This document shows positions 25,872-40,800 of a DNA stretch of 64,000 nt, piece by piece. Position 1 is the stretch's first letter, and each line of letters opens with the position of its first letter. The position numbers and the translations under genes were made by a program. This stretch comes from Lingula anatina (Eukaryota > Animalia > Brachiopoda). The DNA is taken from assembly GCA_051362555.1 (NCBI GenBank), contig CM120640.1, positions 59,188,788 through 59,252,787 on the forward strand, in the 5' to 3' direction. A model generated the notes under the pieces. It saw only the letters and a list, made by a program, of their open reading frames with translations, was not told the origin of the DNA and did no database searches.

Positions 25872-28800
25872 TCATTTCTTTTTCTTCTTCTTTAAAATCC
25901 CTGCATATTCAAAGCTCTTCAGTGGATCTGCTTTCCTTTTCTGGAGAAGGAATATAGAAAAGATTGAATAAATGAACTTGGAACTTGGATATATATCAAA
26001 GAATTGTCTATGAAAATTAATGCACAGAACCTTTAAAGGTACATTCGAACCCAGCATCGGTGGAGCATGGATTCCTAGTAACACATGTAAACCACTTCTA
26101 CTAGATTCTTATATGACTCAAATAAATTCGACATGCCAAGGGATAAACTGAATAGATCACTCGATCAGCCATAAAAGACCTTTAGACTGCTCCTTTTTTA
26201 AAAATTTTTGGTTGTAAAATTAACCTACTTTCGTGACCTACTTTCCTGCCCCATTGACATACAGCTTAGAATGCCAGCAGAAAAATCCGTTCAAACATCA
26301 TTTTCGGGTAAAATTAAACAATACCTTTTGGTAATTTTCTTAGTTATACTACTTGAAACTATATGCTGGCATTTGGTTGGTTTTTGTGACAAAAAATTGA
26401 CTTTGTATGCATCTTTAAGGTATATTTTAATGTGTCAAGAAAAAAAAAAAACTGACACAATTTATCAATTTTTGTTCTTACATGTAAACAATATAGAATG
26501 CAAGTACAGATGGGCAACAGAACTACTGAATGGATACCTTGTATTTCATTTCTCCCCTTGTGGGCCCTTTATGGAATTGCTTGTTAGTTCTGGCCCTTCT
26601 TCCCCCACTCTTCATGTGCCTTAGAGTTGGTGGGACTAAAAATTCAAAATAAATTGTATTAGTATTAGTTCAGGATTTTCATTTTTTTTTTAAGTGTATT
26701 AGTTCAGGATTTTCAAATCATGCCAAAATAGACACTATTGTGTCAAAATAGATGATATCACGTCAAACAGTAATGCAGAGTGTACAAAAAGCAAAATTGT
26801 GGTCCAAAGTTTTAGCTTACCCAGATAGTCTGGCACGTTCTTCAAGTGTTGCTGTGTCTTTACTGTATGTAGACTTTTGTCATGCCTTAAAAGCTGCAGA
26901 TCACGTGGATTATCTTCAAAATATGACTGAATAGGAAAACTCAAAAACATAAATATTACAGTTTCCATGACTAGGATAAAAATAAAGCCCAAAGATGAAT
27001 ATCAGAGTAGCATATGTCTATGTCCTATGACTGAAAAATACAATTGTTGGATTTATGTAATTAAATAATCCAACATTTAGTTTCTGCTAATATAATTTAT
27101 AAAAGGTTAAAAACTTAAGAAAAACATCTAACCTTCAACTTCTGAGAATTTAGTATTTCTGACTTAATTTCCTTCAGTCTTGCCTCTCTTACAGCAACCT
27201 TAGTCACAGCTCTCATGGCATCCTGCAAATAAAAAAAACCCCATACATATGATCCCAATGCTATATACCTCAAAATCTAGTGCCACAGTTGCAAATTGGA
27301 GACAACATTACCACAACCTTAAAAGCTCAAGCCTGTGTTAAGTGGCAATTTCTGTGTAATCTATAATGATTCCGTTACTGCCTACCTTTGCTCTATACCT
27401 AAACCCCTCAATCTCCTCCATCCTGAACTGAAAGGGCTTGAACAATGTCTCTCCTTCAGCTAAATAAGAAATATACAAAACGGTTGCATCAACAAATGAC
27501 ATTGCATACGTTCCCTAATCAATTCATTGAAACAAATGTTAGGTTGAGCATCAGAGGAAAAAAATCTCAAGTTGTTATGTCATTTAGAGAAAACATTTCA
27601 CTGATGCTGAGAGAGATGCAAAAGGGAAAAAACTACTGGAAAGAGAGGCAAAAAATGTATTAAGGAATCTGTTATGTTACCATGGCTTTATAAACTGTAC
27701 AAACAGCACAACCACAAACAACTATTTTGTCTACTAACGATGTGAGTCTGCTAGTTCCTCCTCACAATGCTCTAACAATGGCATTTCTTTCACGCTGATA
27801 AAGGACAGTGCTGTGCCTTGGTTGTCAGCCCTGGCAGTCCTGAAATCCATGATATGACATAAATTATTCATATCAATAATAAACATGACAGGGTTGCTGA
27901 AATTTAACTTTCAAGTACAATGAACAAACTGCAAAATTTTCTACCTGCAATATACTATATAAAAACCTCAAATATGGTAAAATTACAGATTGAAAGAAAC
28001 TACACATTTTCCAAATCTCTTTTTAAAATACATCAGTCAGTAGCATCTTTCATATTTTCATACTTGATTCTTATACACCTCATACTGTACAAAGGTTAAA
28101 CCCCTTATTTTATATTAAAGTAAATATGTATCTCAAATCTTACCTTCCTACTCTGTGAATGTAGGCATCTACATTAGCTGGGAAGTCAAAGTTGATAACA
28201 TTGGACACATTTTGAAAGTCTATTCCCCTGGACACACCATATTCCTTATCTTTTTTACGCACTCTGAAAAGATATATATAAAAACACTCTGGTAAGACAT
28301 TTGAAAAGTCAGAGAACCCTCCAGGCAACAAAATAGTACTGACAATCACTCACAGATGCCAAAGGCCAATTCATTTCAGTTTTAAAATGATAACTTTTTT
28401 CTCTACAATTTTGCCTTTTGAAATATCTTATTTAACCATTTTACCTTTCATTATTTTTGCTTACTTTTTCTGTTTTGTTTTTTCATCTTTGGTTTCTGTT
28501 GGGGTTTCTAAGGCTGTCTCATCAGAAGCAATGATGATATCATATAGTCCTTCATTAAACTGGTTGACAATGTGGCACCTATGGCAAAATAAGATGGCAT
28601 TCATATTCCCTTAACACAAATTCAGGCGAGAACCATAAATAAAATTTCATCAGAAATAGGTTTTAATACCTTTAAAATACCTTATAAAAGTATACAACAA
28701 TAACACAACAATAACACAGGCCAATGTCAAGGTACACTGTTTTGTACATACCTCGAATTGACTGGGAGCTCTGAGTTTAGAGCACAGGAAGGAATTCCAA

Positions 28801-31800
28801 ACTGCTCTAAGAATAACTTTAACCTGCAAGTAAAATACATCTTAGTTCTTGTTTTTGTAGTACATCAAAGAATTTGAAAAATGAAAGTCTCTTCCCTTGG
28901 CAACCACCTAATTTATAAACAACTTATATTTAAAAAAATTAAATCCTTAAATAAGCCTGAGCATTCTAGTTATGTAATTCTTATATAGAGCTATTTACTT
29001 GTATGCATTAATCATATGCAATAAATTGGCCTGTCTGTAATGCATGAAATTTATGGTAAGAAATTAACCTACATTTAATACATTAAACCCATACAAGATA
29101 TTGGTTTGAATGCAATAATTTACATTCTAATGTAAACTCGCCTATAACATCTGTCAACTGAATTCACAAAGATGATGGATTTTCCACGTATTAACCTCAA
29201 CTTCAGCAAGGTGTATACCAATACAAACTTGTCTTCTTCTTCACATCTAAAAAATGAGTAAGATATTAATAGCATGGCAAAATATCAAACCTGCACCACA
29301 AACACTCATCAGTCATTCTTTGCTAGTGGTGCACTGCGGGGGGACCATAACAAGAATGTTATTTAAATTTAGATAGCCGACCAAATTCTCATGACATCGT
29401 TGTGTATGTTTCAATAACAAATCAAAGAAGCTGCATGAGCAAGGAGGATATTGTTATAAAAGCAAAAGAAGAGAAAAAGCAGAAAATATATCGAAATTAC
29501 CCTCAAAATGGCGTCTTTTTTTGTGGAATTTCGACCCTACCTCTATTTAGGAACAGTTTGTTTAGGGTTTGAATGAATTATTGAAGCAGGGAATACACCT
29601 ACTGCAAGAAGATATAATAAACAGAATGTGCAAATGGTTATTTAAATAAAAATTTATTTGAAGTCACTGAAAAATGATCACAAAATTAGCTTAACTTACG
29701 ATACATGCGGTGTCCCACCCCGATGAAAATTTCATCTAATCCTATCTTTCCGTATTAAAACTGTTCAATCGTCCAAAGTAGTATTTCGGTTAGTTTGTGT
29801 CACGAAATCCATGATAATATCAGTTTTCTTAAGAATTTCACATTTATTGCTCAGCAAGGTCGATATTTCTTCACCGCGTCCCAATATTACGTTCGCAACG
29901 CTGAAACTTCAGAGATCGATTCTTATCAGACGACTTTAAAATGCCGCGTGAAAATTATACATCGATAGCGATCTTCTTCCATACTCACTAACTGATGACG
30001 TCTACACACGAATGGATTCTTTTACACACTAAAAAAAACCAGCTCAAACTGGCGGGTGGCCCATTCTGATAACATGTTACGCAATGACGCTGTCGAGGCC
30101 GGATGCGGGGGCACGCCTTTAATTTCCTAAATTTAACCGCCACGGGACTGCTATAAAGATCTTCCTTGTATGAAGGTGAGAAATACTGAGTTTCGTTTCA
30201 TTTTTCTTCAATTGTTTCAACATATATGTGTATTGATTAATTCTTATCATCCGATTAGTAGGGTGACTTCGACTGAACTTTCGTTTTTCGTCTGCGTCCC
30301 ATGGTTCAGCGGTGATGCCTTATTCATGTTTTCTTGTTCTCGAAAACTCAGTATTATTGATATTGAATGATATTTTTTAGTTTTCTCTTAAATAAAGCTG
30401 CTACGAAGTATTCAGTGCGTTAAGAATTTAACCGTCTGTAAAAAACAGCAAAAATGAATTTCTCCCGCTATTATGTAACAGGGACACATTGAAGCAGCGA
30501 AAAATGGGTGAAGAAAATGTGCCCCAGTAATGCGTGTTTGTCGCTCATAATGCACTGTACTTTGTTTGAATAAGCAACTCTGGATTATGAAGAAATGCAG
30601 TAACTGTCTATATTATTAGATATATTTAAACCAAAATGCTGTGAAAAGCATTGCAATGAGCATTAATGTATGCTGAGATACGTTTGATCACTTTTTTCAC
30701 AAGACACATAAGGAAAGATTTTAAATGAATGTTATTTTTAGGTAATGCATTTTTATCTTTCATTTTTTTTTACTTTTAGTATGAATTTTTACAAGCCTAA
30801 AAATCTTTTTACAGGTAGTATTTTTTCAACTCCAAGCTGAATCCATACAAGCATACCCCCAATGATGGCTGAGGACAACTGTAGTTCAGGTAAGATTTCA
30901 TGCTGCTTTTTTATTGTGTACATATTTCATGCCATAGTTTTTTACTTTTTTTTCCACCAGTACCAGTCTTAAACTCTACCTTTAGCTCTCCAGTGAGGGA
31001 TGTGTATAATATATTAATAACTGAATATAAGATAAATGCAATATCCCCAGTTAAACTTGTGTTTCATGACTGTCTATTTTTGCATTATTCTATAATATTT
31101 ATTATTCCTTACTATGACTATTTTAGCTGAGCCTGACAAGACCCCACTCAGAGTTTCAGCCAGATTGTACAACAGAACAAGGCAGCAAAGCTGTCAAATG
31201 TACAGACAAAAAACAGGAAATAACTATGCACAAAATAGGCTACTGTCAATTCTGATGCAAAAGTACATTCCTTAAAATGTGTTTACAGTGTTGCATATAT
31301 GCTGAAAAGTGAAAAAACAGCATAACTTCTACAATAATGGCCCGATCATGCTGATTTTCGAACTTGACCTGCGTTTTATGAATATTCATTAGCTCTGTAA
31401 ATATTATGCCAAAAAGTAAAACTGCCCTCCACTTATCGTGTTTACAATGAAAGTGCATGGCGCCGGCGACAGCGACAGTGACGGCGACGACAGACACAGG
31501 TGATGGCAATATGTACAGACACATCTGTACATATTTACTGTACTGTTTGAGAACAGTAAGTGACATGGTTTCTCTTACATGGTCATCATGGGAGCAGTGC
31601 CCAAAATAGGTTTTTTTCAAATTTTGATGCAATAATACATAATGTTTAACAGCATAATGACCATCATTTTTTAATAATTAAATATTAGTATCATGGATAT
31701 TCAGAAAATGTGACTAGCAAAGGTCTTCAGGCCCATGGAACTTCAAAGTCACAACTTGAAAATGCCAAAATGTAAACAAGACAGCACTGTTCTGAAATGT

Positions 31801-34800
31801 TTTTGTTTTTTTTTTTCATTTTTAACAATTTTTTTAAACATAAAACAAAATTAACAGGTTACTGCCATTTTTATACAATCAACTGAGAAAATTGATGAGA
31901 TGGGAAAAATATCAATAGAATAGTGTTTAATGTCCAATTTCCTCCATTCTAAGATTCTGAACATACTGAATGATTGAATCTGACAAACTGCAATGATATG
32001 AGTTTATTTCCATTTTTGAAACTTTATTACACAATACACGATAACAAGTTTACCATCATTTTTACATATTCAACTAACAATGTTGTAAAGATGCAGGAAA
32101 TGTCAAACAAACACTTTTACATGTCTTATTAGTTAAATAATGAGACTGTTAACATGCCTAAGAATTGAATCTGAGGAAATGTGAAACAAGACAGCTCTGT
32201 TCTGACATGGGTTTATTTCCATTTTTAACACTTTTTTTAACATAAAACAAAATTAACAGTTTACTGCAATTTTTATATGATCAACTAAGAAAATTGATGA
32301 GATGGGAAAAATATCAACAGAGCAGTGTTAAATGTCCAATTTCTTCCATTATGAGATTCTGAACATAGTGGATGATTGAATCTGACAAACTGTAATGATA
32401 TGTGTTTATTTCCATTTTTGACGCTTTATTACACAATACACGCTAACAAGTTTACCATCATTTTTACATAATCAACTAACAATATTGTAAAGATGCAGGA
32501 AATGTCAAACAAACACTTTTACGTATCTTATTAGTTCAGTAATGAGACTGTTAACATTGCCTAAGAGTTGAATCTGAGGCAATGTGAAAAAACAGCTTAA
32601 CTTCTAAAATATTGCCCCGATTGTGCTGATTTTCGAACTCAACCTGCGTTTTAGTAAGATTGACCACTCCTGTGAGTTTAATGACAATTAGCCCATCTGT
32701 TTTTCTTATATTGTGTTTACGGTGTTGCATATATGCTGAAAAATGAAAAAACAGCATAACTACTAAAATAGTGGCCCGATCATGCCGATTTTCGAACTTG
32801 ACCTGCATTTTAGTAAGATTGATTATTCCTGTGAGTTTCATGACAACAGGCCTAACGGTTTGCCTTAAAATGTGTTTACAGGGTTGCATATATGCTGAAA
32901 AGTGAAAAAACAGCATAACTTATACAATAATGGCCCGATCATGCTGATTTTCGAACTTGACCTGCGTTTTATGAATATTCATCAGCTCTGTAAATATAAA
33001 GCCAAAAAGTAAAACTGCCCTCCACTTATCGTGTTTACAAGGAAAGTGCACGGCGCCGGCGCCGGCGACGGCGACGACAGACGCAGGTGATGGCAATATG
33101 TACAGACACATCTGTGTCTGTACATAAAAAGGCGCATATACTCAGACATTGATCGCCAAACATCAGTGGCACCATTGGCCTCACCTGGCACGAGTGATAA
33201 CATTACACCTTCTGCAAAAAGAATGCGCAGATATAGAGAGAAGTTACAGGCAGAGGGACATTATGCCAAATACCTAGAAAAACAGAGAAAAAAGGCAAAG
33301 AATACAGGGCTAACAGGTCTGAGGAAAAGAACAAGGCAGCAAAGCTGTCAAATGTACAGACAAAAAACAGGAAATAACTATGCACAAAATAGGCTACTGT
33401 CAATTCTGATGCAAAAATACATTATGTTAAACTGCAAATTCAACATCAAATTTTAATTATCCTCAACAGGTAATACTAATGTAATTAAAATATGTGCCAA
33501 GTTTACACTTTGAAAATGTATAACTTCCAGAAAAAGAAGTTCCTTAGACTGCTTCTCCAACTCAGACTGCATTTTAGTCCTGTATTTCTTTTTTGAAAGT
33601 TTGGCAATCATAAGTAACATGGTTTTCCCATAATGGTCATCATGGCAGCAGCACCCAAAATTGTGTTTTCTTCTATTCTGATGCAATATTACATAATGGT
33701 TAACAGCATAATAACTCAATTTTAATAATAAAATATACGTATCATGGATTTTCAGAAAATGTGACTAGCATGGGTCTTCAAGCCCGTGGAACTTCAAAGT
33801 CACACCTTGAAAATGCCAATATGTGAAAAATTAAATTTTCACAAAATAACTGTTTAACTGGCAGCAAGAATTACCAAACAGACTGTATTTCCTACTGAAG
33901 CTGTATTTTAGTCCCATGTTTCTTTCCTGTAAGTTTAAGAACAGTAAACGACATGGTTTTGCTTAAATGGTCATCATGGGAGCAGTGCCCAAAATAGTTT
34001 TTTTTTTTTTCAAATTTTGATGCAATATTACATAATGTTTAACAGCATAATGACCATCAACTTTAATAATAAAATATTAGTATTATGGATATTCAGAAAA
34101 TGTGACTAGCAAAGGTCTTCAGGCCCATGGAACTTCAAAGTCACAACTTGAAAATGCCAAAATGTAAACGAGACAGCACTATTCTGAAATGTTTTTTTTT
34201 TTCCATTTTTAACAATTTTTAACATAAAACAAAATTATCAGTTTTCTGCCGTTTTTATATATGATAAACTAAGAAAATTGATGAGATGGGAAAAATATCA
34301 ACAGAGCAGTGTTAAATGTCCAATCTCTTCCATTCTGAGATTCTGAACATAGTGAATGATTGAATATGACAAACTGCAATGATATGAGTTTATTTCCATT
34401 TTTGAAACTTTATTACACAATACACGATAACAAGTTTACCATCATTTTTACATAATCAACTAATAATGTTGTAAAATTGCAGGAAATGCCAAACAAACAC
34501 TTTTACGTATCTTATTAGTTCAATAATGAAACTGTTTACATGCCTAAGAATTAAATCTGAGGAAATGTGAAAAAACTGCATTTCTTTAAATAATGGCCCG
34601 ATTATGCTGATTTTTGAACTCAACCTGCGTTTTAGCAGGAATGACCACTCCTGTGAGTTTAATGACAATTGGCCTCTCTGTTTTTCTTATATTGTGTTTA
34701 CAGTGTTGCATATATGCTGAAAAGTGAAAAAAAAAGCATAACTACTAAAATAGTGGCCCGATCATGCCGATTTTCGAACTTGACCTGCATTTTATGAATA

Positions 34801-37800
34801 TTCATCAGCTCTGTAAATATACAGCCAAAAAGTAAAACTGCCTTCCACTTATCGTGTTTACAATGAAAGTGCATGGCGCCGGCGACAGCGACAGTGACGG
34901 CAACGACGGCGACGACAGACGCAGGTGATGGCAATATGTACAGACACATCTGTACATATTAACTGTACTGTTTGAGAACAGTAAGTGACATGGTTTTTCT
35001 TAAATGGTCATCATGGGAGCAGTGCCCAAAATAGGTTTTTTTCAAATTTTTATGCAATATTACATAATGTTTAACAGCATAATGATCATCAATTTTTAAT
35101 AATAAAATATTAGTATCATGTACAAATAGTAAACGTGACTAACAAAGGTTTTTAGGCCGATGGAACTTCAAAGTCACACCTTCAAAATGCCAAAATGTAA
35201 ACAAGACTGCACTGTTCTGAAATGGGTTTATTTCCATTTTTAACACTTTTTTAACATAAAACAAAATTAATAGGTTACTGCCATTTTTATAAGATCAACT
35301 AAGAAAATTGATGAGATGTGAAAAATATCAATAGAACAGTGTTAAATGACCAATTTCTTCCATTCTGAGATTCTGAACATAGTGAATGATTGAATCTGAC
35401 AAACTGCAATGATATGAGTTTATTTACATTTTTGACACTTTATTACACAATACACGATAACAAGTTTACCATCATTTTTACATAATCAACTAACAATGTT
35501 GTAAAGATGCAGGAAATGTCAAACAAACACTTTTACGTATCTTATTACTTAAATAATAAGGCTATTAACATGCCTAAGAATTAAATCTGAGGAAATCTGA
35601 GGAAATGTGAAAAAACAGCATAACTTCTAAAATAATAGCCCGATTATGCTGATTTTCGAACTCAACCTGCGTTCTAGTAAGACTGACCATTCCTGTGAGT
35701 TTAATGACAATTGGGCTTACTGTTTTTCTTATATTGTGTTTACAGTGTTGCATATATGCTGAACAATGAAAAAACCGCATAACTACTAAAATAGTGGCCC
35801 GATCATGCCGATTTTCGAACTTGACCTGCGTTTTAGTAAGATTGATTATTCCTGTGAGTGTCATGACAACAGGCCTAACGGTTTTCCTTAAAATGTGTTT
35901 ACAAGGTTGCATATATGCTGAAAAGTGAAAAAACAGCATAACTTCTACAATAATGGCCCCATCATGCTGATTTTCGAACTTGACCTGCGTTTTATGAATA
36001 TTCATCAGCTCTGTAAATATAAATCCAAAAAGTAAAACTGCCTTCCACTTATCGTGTTTACAAGGAAAGTGCACGGCGACGGCATCGGCATCGGCGACGG
36101 CGACGACAGACCCAGGTGATGGCAATATGTACAGACACATCTGTGTCTGTACATAAAAAAGCAGACAATGATAAGAATAGGCTTCGGGCACAGAAATACC
36201 GCCAGAAAAAAAAAAGAGAAAGGAGAACCAGTAAATGCCAATCCAACTGTTAATACAAGATCTTCGTTAGCAGCAAAACGAAAAAAAGAAAGAGAAAGAA
36301 AAAGAAAATATAGATCTGCTTTGACCCCTCAGAAGAGAGCTGCAATCAACTTGAAAAGACGCAAGAGGGTGCATACTAAAACAGATGCAGCAGTTTTGGA
36401 AACTATGTCCAAGCCAGCAAACAAAGAAAATGAATATGTTAAACCTGCCTCATCAAAAGGATTCCTAAACCGAAGCACTAAGGCAAAAGCTGTCAGGAGA
36501 GTGAAACAGGTCATGCCAAAATCACCTTCCAAGTATGCGGATGTTGCAGAGTTCCTTTTCAATGTTACCTCACCAAGAAGGAGAGAGCGACTGGATTTGA
36601 AAGGGCTGTACATTACTAAAGAAAGAAAAGGCATGCAGGCCAGAGAAAACTACCACAAAGAAATGCAGAATAAGTTTAAGGAGACCAAGGCGAGTAGAAA
36701 GAAAGCAAAACTTCAAACAAAAGCAGACTACTGCCGCTTCTTCCTAGACTGCAACAGAGGAATGAAAATAGCAGATCTTCGCAAAATGCTGAATGTCAGT
36801 TGGAACTATGTAAGAAAATGCCTCTATCAGCTTGACCGTGACCAGCCAATTTCTCCTAAGAAAAGGTCAGATGCAGTACCAGCGGAACTTATTCAAATCA
36901 TTCAAAACTTTCTAAATCGTGGTGACATTGCAAGGGAAGAACCAGCTGCCAGAAATGTAGGTGCCAAGGATCAGCAGCCTCGCAGATACATGTGTAAAAC
37001 TATGAAGGAGGCGTGGGTCCAATTCAAAGAAGAGACTTCTACAAGCATATCATACTCCAAGTTCTGCTGCTTCCGCCCAAAACACACCAAGTGCATGGCA
37101 AAAGACAGGTTCAAGACTTGCTGCTGTGAATACTGTGAAAACATTACTCTAAAAAAAAAAGCAGTCAATTCAGTGCTTCAGACTGCAGGCCATGGTGAGA
37201 TGTTTCTCGGAAGCAAGTTTGCAATTGCTGACATGACTTGCTGTGCGCCAAATCCAGTACTTCATCTTCACAACAAGGCCTGCATCGACAGAGAATGTGA
37301 AAACTGTGGCATCAGTAAGTTTCATGAGGTTATGGTGCCTATGCTGGATAACCTGTCTGACACTCAAACAACATGGTCTGCATGGCAGTCTGAAAAGTCT
37401 ACTTACAAGAATAAGCAAGGGATGGAAGTGACAACCAACAAGCAGGTGCTTGTAAAGATTGATGGCCCATTCTCGCAGCTCATTGCTGAACTTGAAGAAG
37501 ACCTGCATACTTTTGCATGGCACTTGGCAAATTATCAGTGGCAACAGAGGCAGTTTGACAAGCTGACAAGGGATGTTCCAACCGGATGGCTGGTAATGTG
37601 CATGGACTACGGAGAGAACTTCACTTGTGCCTATCAAGATGAGGCACAGGGAGCCCACTGGAGCAGACAGCAGATCACCATCCATCCTGTTGTATGCTAT
37701 TACAGATGCCCCGATCACCCTGAGGTCACGACACAGGAGACATTTTGTTTCATCTCCAATGACCTAAAACATGACAGCCATGGGGTGCAGCACTTTCAGC

Positions 37801-40800
37801 AACAGGCGCTGCAGACACTCCTGGAGCGTGGAATAAACGTCACACAGATTATCCACTTCAGTGATGGATGCCCCAGCCAGTACAAGGGCAAAGCCAGTTT
37901 CATTGATTTGTCCTTTGCCAAAGATGACACAGGCATCCCAACAGAGAAGCACTTTTTTGGCAGCCGCCATGGCAAGGGGCCATGTGACAGAGAAATTGGA
38001 GTTGTAAAGCGTTTAGCAAGACAGGCAGTGCTTCGCAGAAAGTGCATCATTGCTACAGCCCAAGACTTATACGAGTATGGTTGCAGCAGTCTGACAAAAC
38101 CAGCTGACAATTCACACTCTCACACCTGTCGTCAGTTCTTCTTTGTTCGAGAAGGTACAATTGTGAGAGACAGGCCAGATAGAACAGGAGGCAAGGGCAT
38201 CCCTGGAACTAGGAAGTTGCACTGTGTCCAGGGCCACTCTCCATTTATTGTGAGCTATAAGGAGCGATCCTGCTTCTGTGAAGCATGTGTGACACTTGAA
38301 GGCGAGTGTACAAACAAGTCCTTTGTTGGAGACTGGAAAGAAGTCAGCTTGAAAGTCAACAGGAGGCAAAAATGAAAAGTGCTTGTTTTACAATATCCAT
38401 AGTGTTAAACCATGATAGCAAAACTATTTATTGTCATATTTATACATATAAGTATAAAATGAAAAGTTGAGTATAGACTGTCAAAATTCAGATGGATCGA
38501 TCTAAGTATGGGAATCCAGTCTTAAACTTAGGTTACCCATTTTTCGTTTTCAGAGTAAAAAGATTCCTTGTATTGTACACTCTGGAACATTCTTTAGATC
38601 AACTTTGTTCAGTGTGTGTCCCATGTAACAGAGTTACAGTAAACAAAAATATGTGCATTATTCCTCTGTGTTTGTCAATTCCAATTTAAAAGTGTGTGAG
38701 AGTGATGTTCCTCTCATGCTTGAAGTATATGTGGTTAATAGCAAAAATATTGTTATTATTTGCATGATTATAAAAAGTTTTTGTTCCCGCGTCACTAACT
38801 TTACCGTGTCAGACATATTCACAAGTTTTATCAATAATGAAATGTGGATTGAATTCTTCAAAACCAGTTTTAAAGCATTGAGACAACACCCCCTTATGAT
38901 TTAGACTAAAACTAAAACATTCCACTAGATTTTCATTAGTTTTAGTGTCAAATATATTTCCCATGTAACGCGTCTTGGATTTGGAGGGTATAGCTGTTCA
39001 ACTCTCTTGTGTGCCCTGACAAGGGCATCTGCTGTTTCCCTTTTGATGAAATGGTGAACTGTGATGGTGTAGCTATCACATTGCAAAATTACAGCTTCCC
39101 AGATAAAGTTTGAAATTTTCGGTCAAATTCAACATTTTGTAACCACTAGCAAAGAATGACAGTCATACTAAATTCAATAAATACAGGCCAAAAGAGCAGC
39201 TGTACATTTGCATTTAACATCAATCTAAGAATAGAGTACATGATGTGAATGTTTAGCTGCACCCTGGTTCTCCACTCAAGTAAAAAAATTTGAGAACCCA
39301 TAAAATTTCCCACTCCACTAAAAAATTGGGAGCACAGATTTGCTGGTTATTACTACTTACTTAATATGGTATTGGGTAAGCTGGTTTGTTTCTGGGAGCT
39401 GTGACTCTTCCAGTTTTAGTATCACCTAGAATGGTTATATTTACATAAATGAAGAAATGCACTAAAACTCTGAGCATTACAATGTATTAAAGAGTTAATA
39501 AATATCAGACGCTCAGTAAGTATCTCCATGCACAAACAAATATAAAACTCTATGACAATGATTATGAGTCAAAACTATTAATCATAAATACTTACAGGAT
39601 TATGTAGCACCAATTTCTTCAGTGTCCTGACATCTTCACTCAACGTAGCTGACATCAGAAATGCCTGGTAAATTTTGGGTAAGTGACTGAAATTGTAAAT
39701 ATTAGTTTAAGCATCTTGTAAGGGCTGTCATTTACAGAAAAAAAAGGATTAAATGTGACTAACATTTGACATAAATTTCCTTATTTATATATCTGTAAAT
39801 AAAATTTGATAAGTTTATCTTTGTTAAGTATGTTATAGCTTCACCTTCATTAAAAATAGAACATAATTTTATTTACACCTTAAAAATTAATATATACACA
39901 CCTGAGCAATGTTTTAATATCTGCTTCATAACCAAAGGAGAAGACCAGGTCTGCCTCATCTATGACCACCATGTCTAGAGATTCCTTAAGGTACAGGTTT
40001 TTAGCCTGGATATGGGCCAGGATTCTGCTTGGTGTTCCTATAACAATGTCTGGCTTTTCCATAAGCAATGGTCTATGAAAGTAAAGATCAAACACCTCTA
40101 AAAACCCTCAAATCTAGATTTTAAAATGATTGTGAACAGTCTCAAGTAAACTGTATAATATGAATCCTTTTTATGAAATTGTTTCAGATCATCATGACAG
40201 ATAACAAAGACTTACAAACAATAAATATCTTAACTCACCTTTGAGCATCTAATGCCACTTGACCTGATATATCCACACATTTGACTTCTCTTGAACAGCT
40301 ACTTGTCAGGTCCTAAAAGAATACAGAACATGCTCTGTCAATTATATATATCCTGAAGAGTTGGACCAGACTCTAAATAGAAAACTTTGGAATTTTACTT
40401 AACAATAAATTAACCAACTTCATCAGGCAAAAAGAGCACAAACCTCTGATTTATTTTAAAAACAGCAGGATTTCATAACTCCATAACTGAATAACAAACT
40501 CACAATAACATTCTTGTAAGCCTGACTACACAATTCCTTAGAAGGTGTGATGACCAGTGCTTTCACTGACTGTTCCTTGGCATGCTGAAAGGTATGAACA
40601 ATAATTATAACAAATGCTCCCAATATTCAACATACCTTAAAAAATACTTTCACAGGGAAAGAGCAAATTTAAGTTAATTTTATCCATAATTACCATAGTT
40701 TTATCTATATCTTCCAAACTTTTGCATATCTAAAATATCTAAAAAAATATTCAAAGGCTTCTCTATTTACACTAATACCTGTTTTGAGTCCAAAATTTTC

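Larger units (their letters stand above)
29310..39162 (+). mobile_element. 9.85-kb Sola2-like DNA transposon in DDX56 intron 7, antisense to host
   Basis: 21-bp TIR CAGTCATTCTTTGCTAGTGGT / ACCACTAGCAAAGAATGACAG (1 mismatch), 4-bp TSD TCAT (29306-29309 and 39163-39166), internal DDD transposase ORF. Confidence 0.85.

Noticed and set aside
25941-26537. DDX56 last-intron donor GTATCCATT as a U12 intron
   Set aside because: It mismatches GTATCCTT, has no TCCTTRAC branch point near the acceptor and has a normal pyrimidine tract.
35574-36191. 205-aa minus-strand ORF and related ORFs (31246, 32551, 32920, 34698) with repeated QVKFENQHD
   Set aside because: They are translations of HINE-A core repeats, break at different places among copies and show no protein-family signal.
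36329-38369. Minus-strand ORFs of 65-182 aa opposite the transposase
   Set aside because: Antisense shadows of the coding strand.
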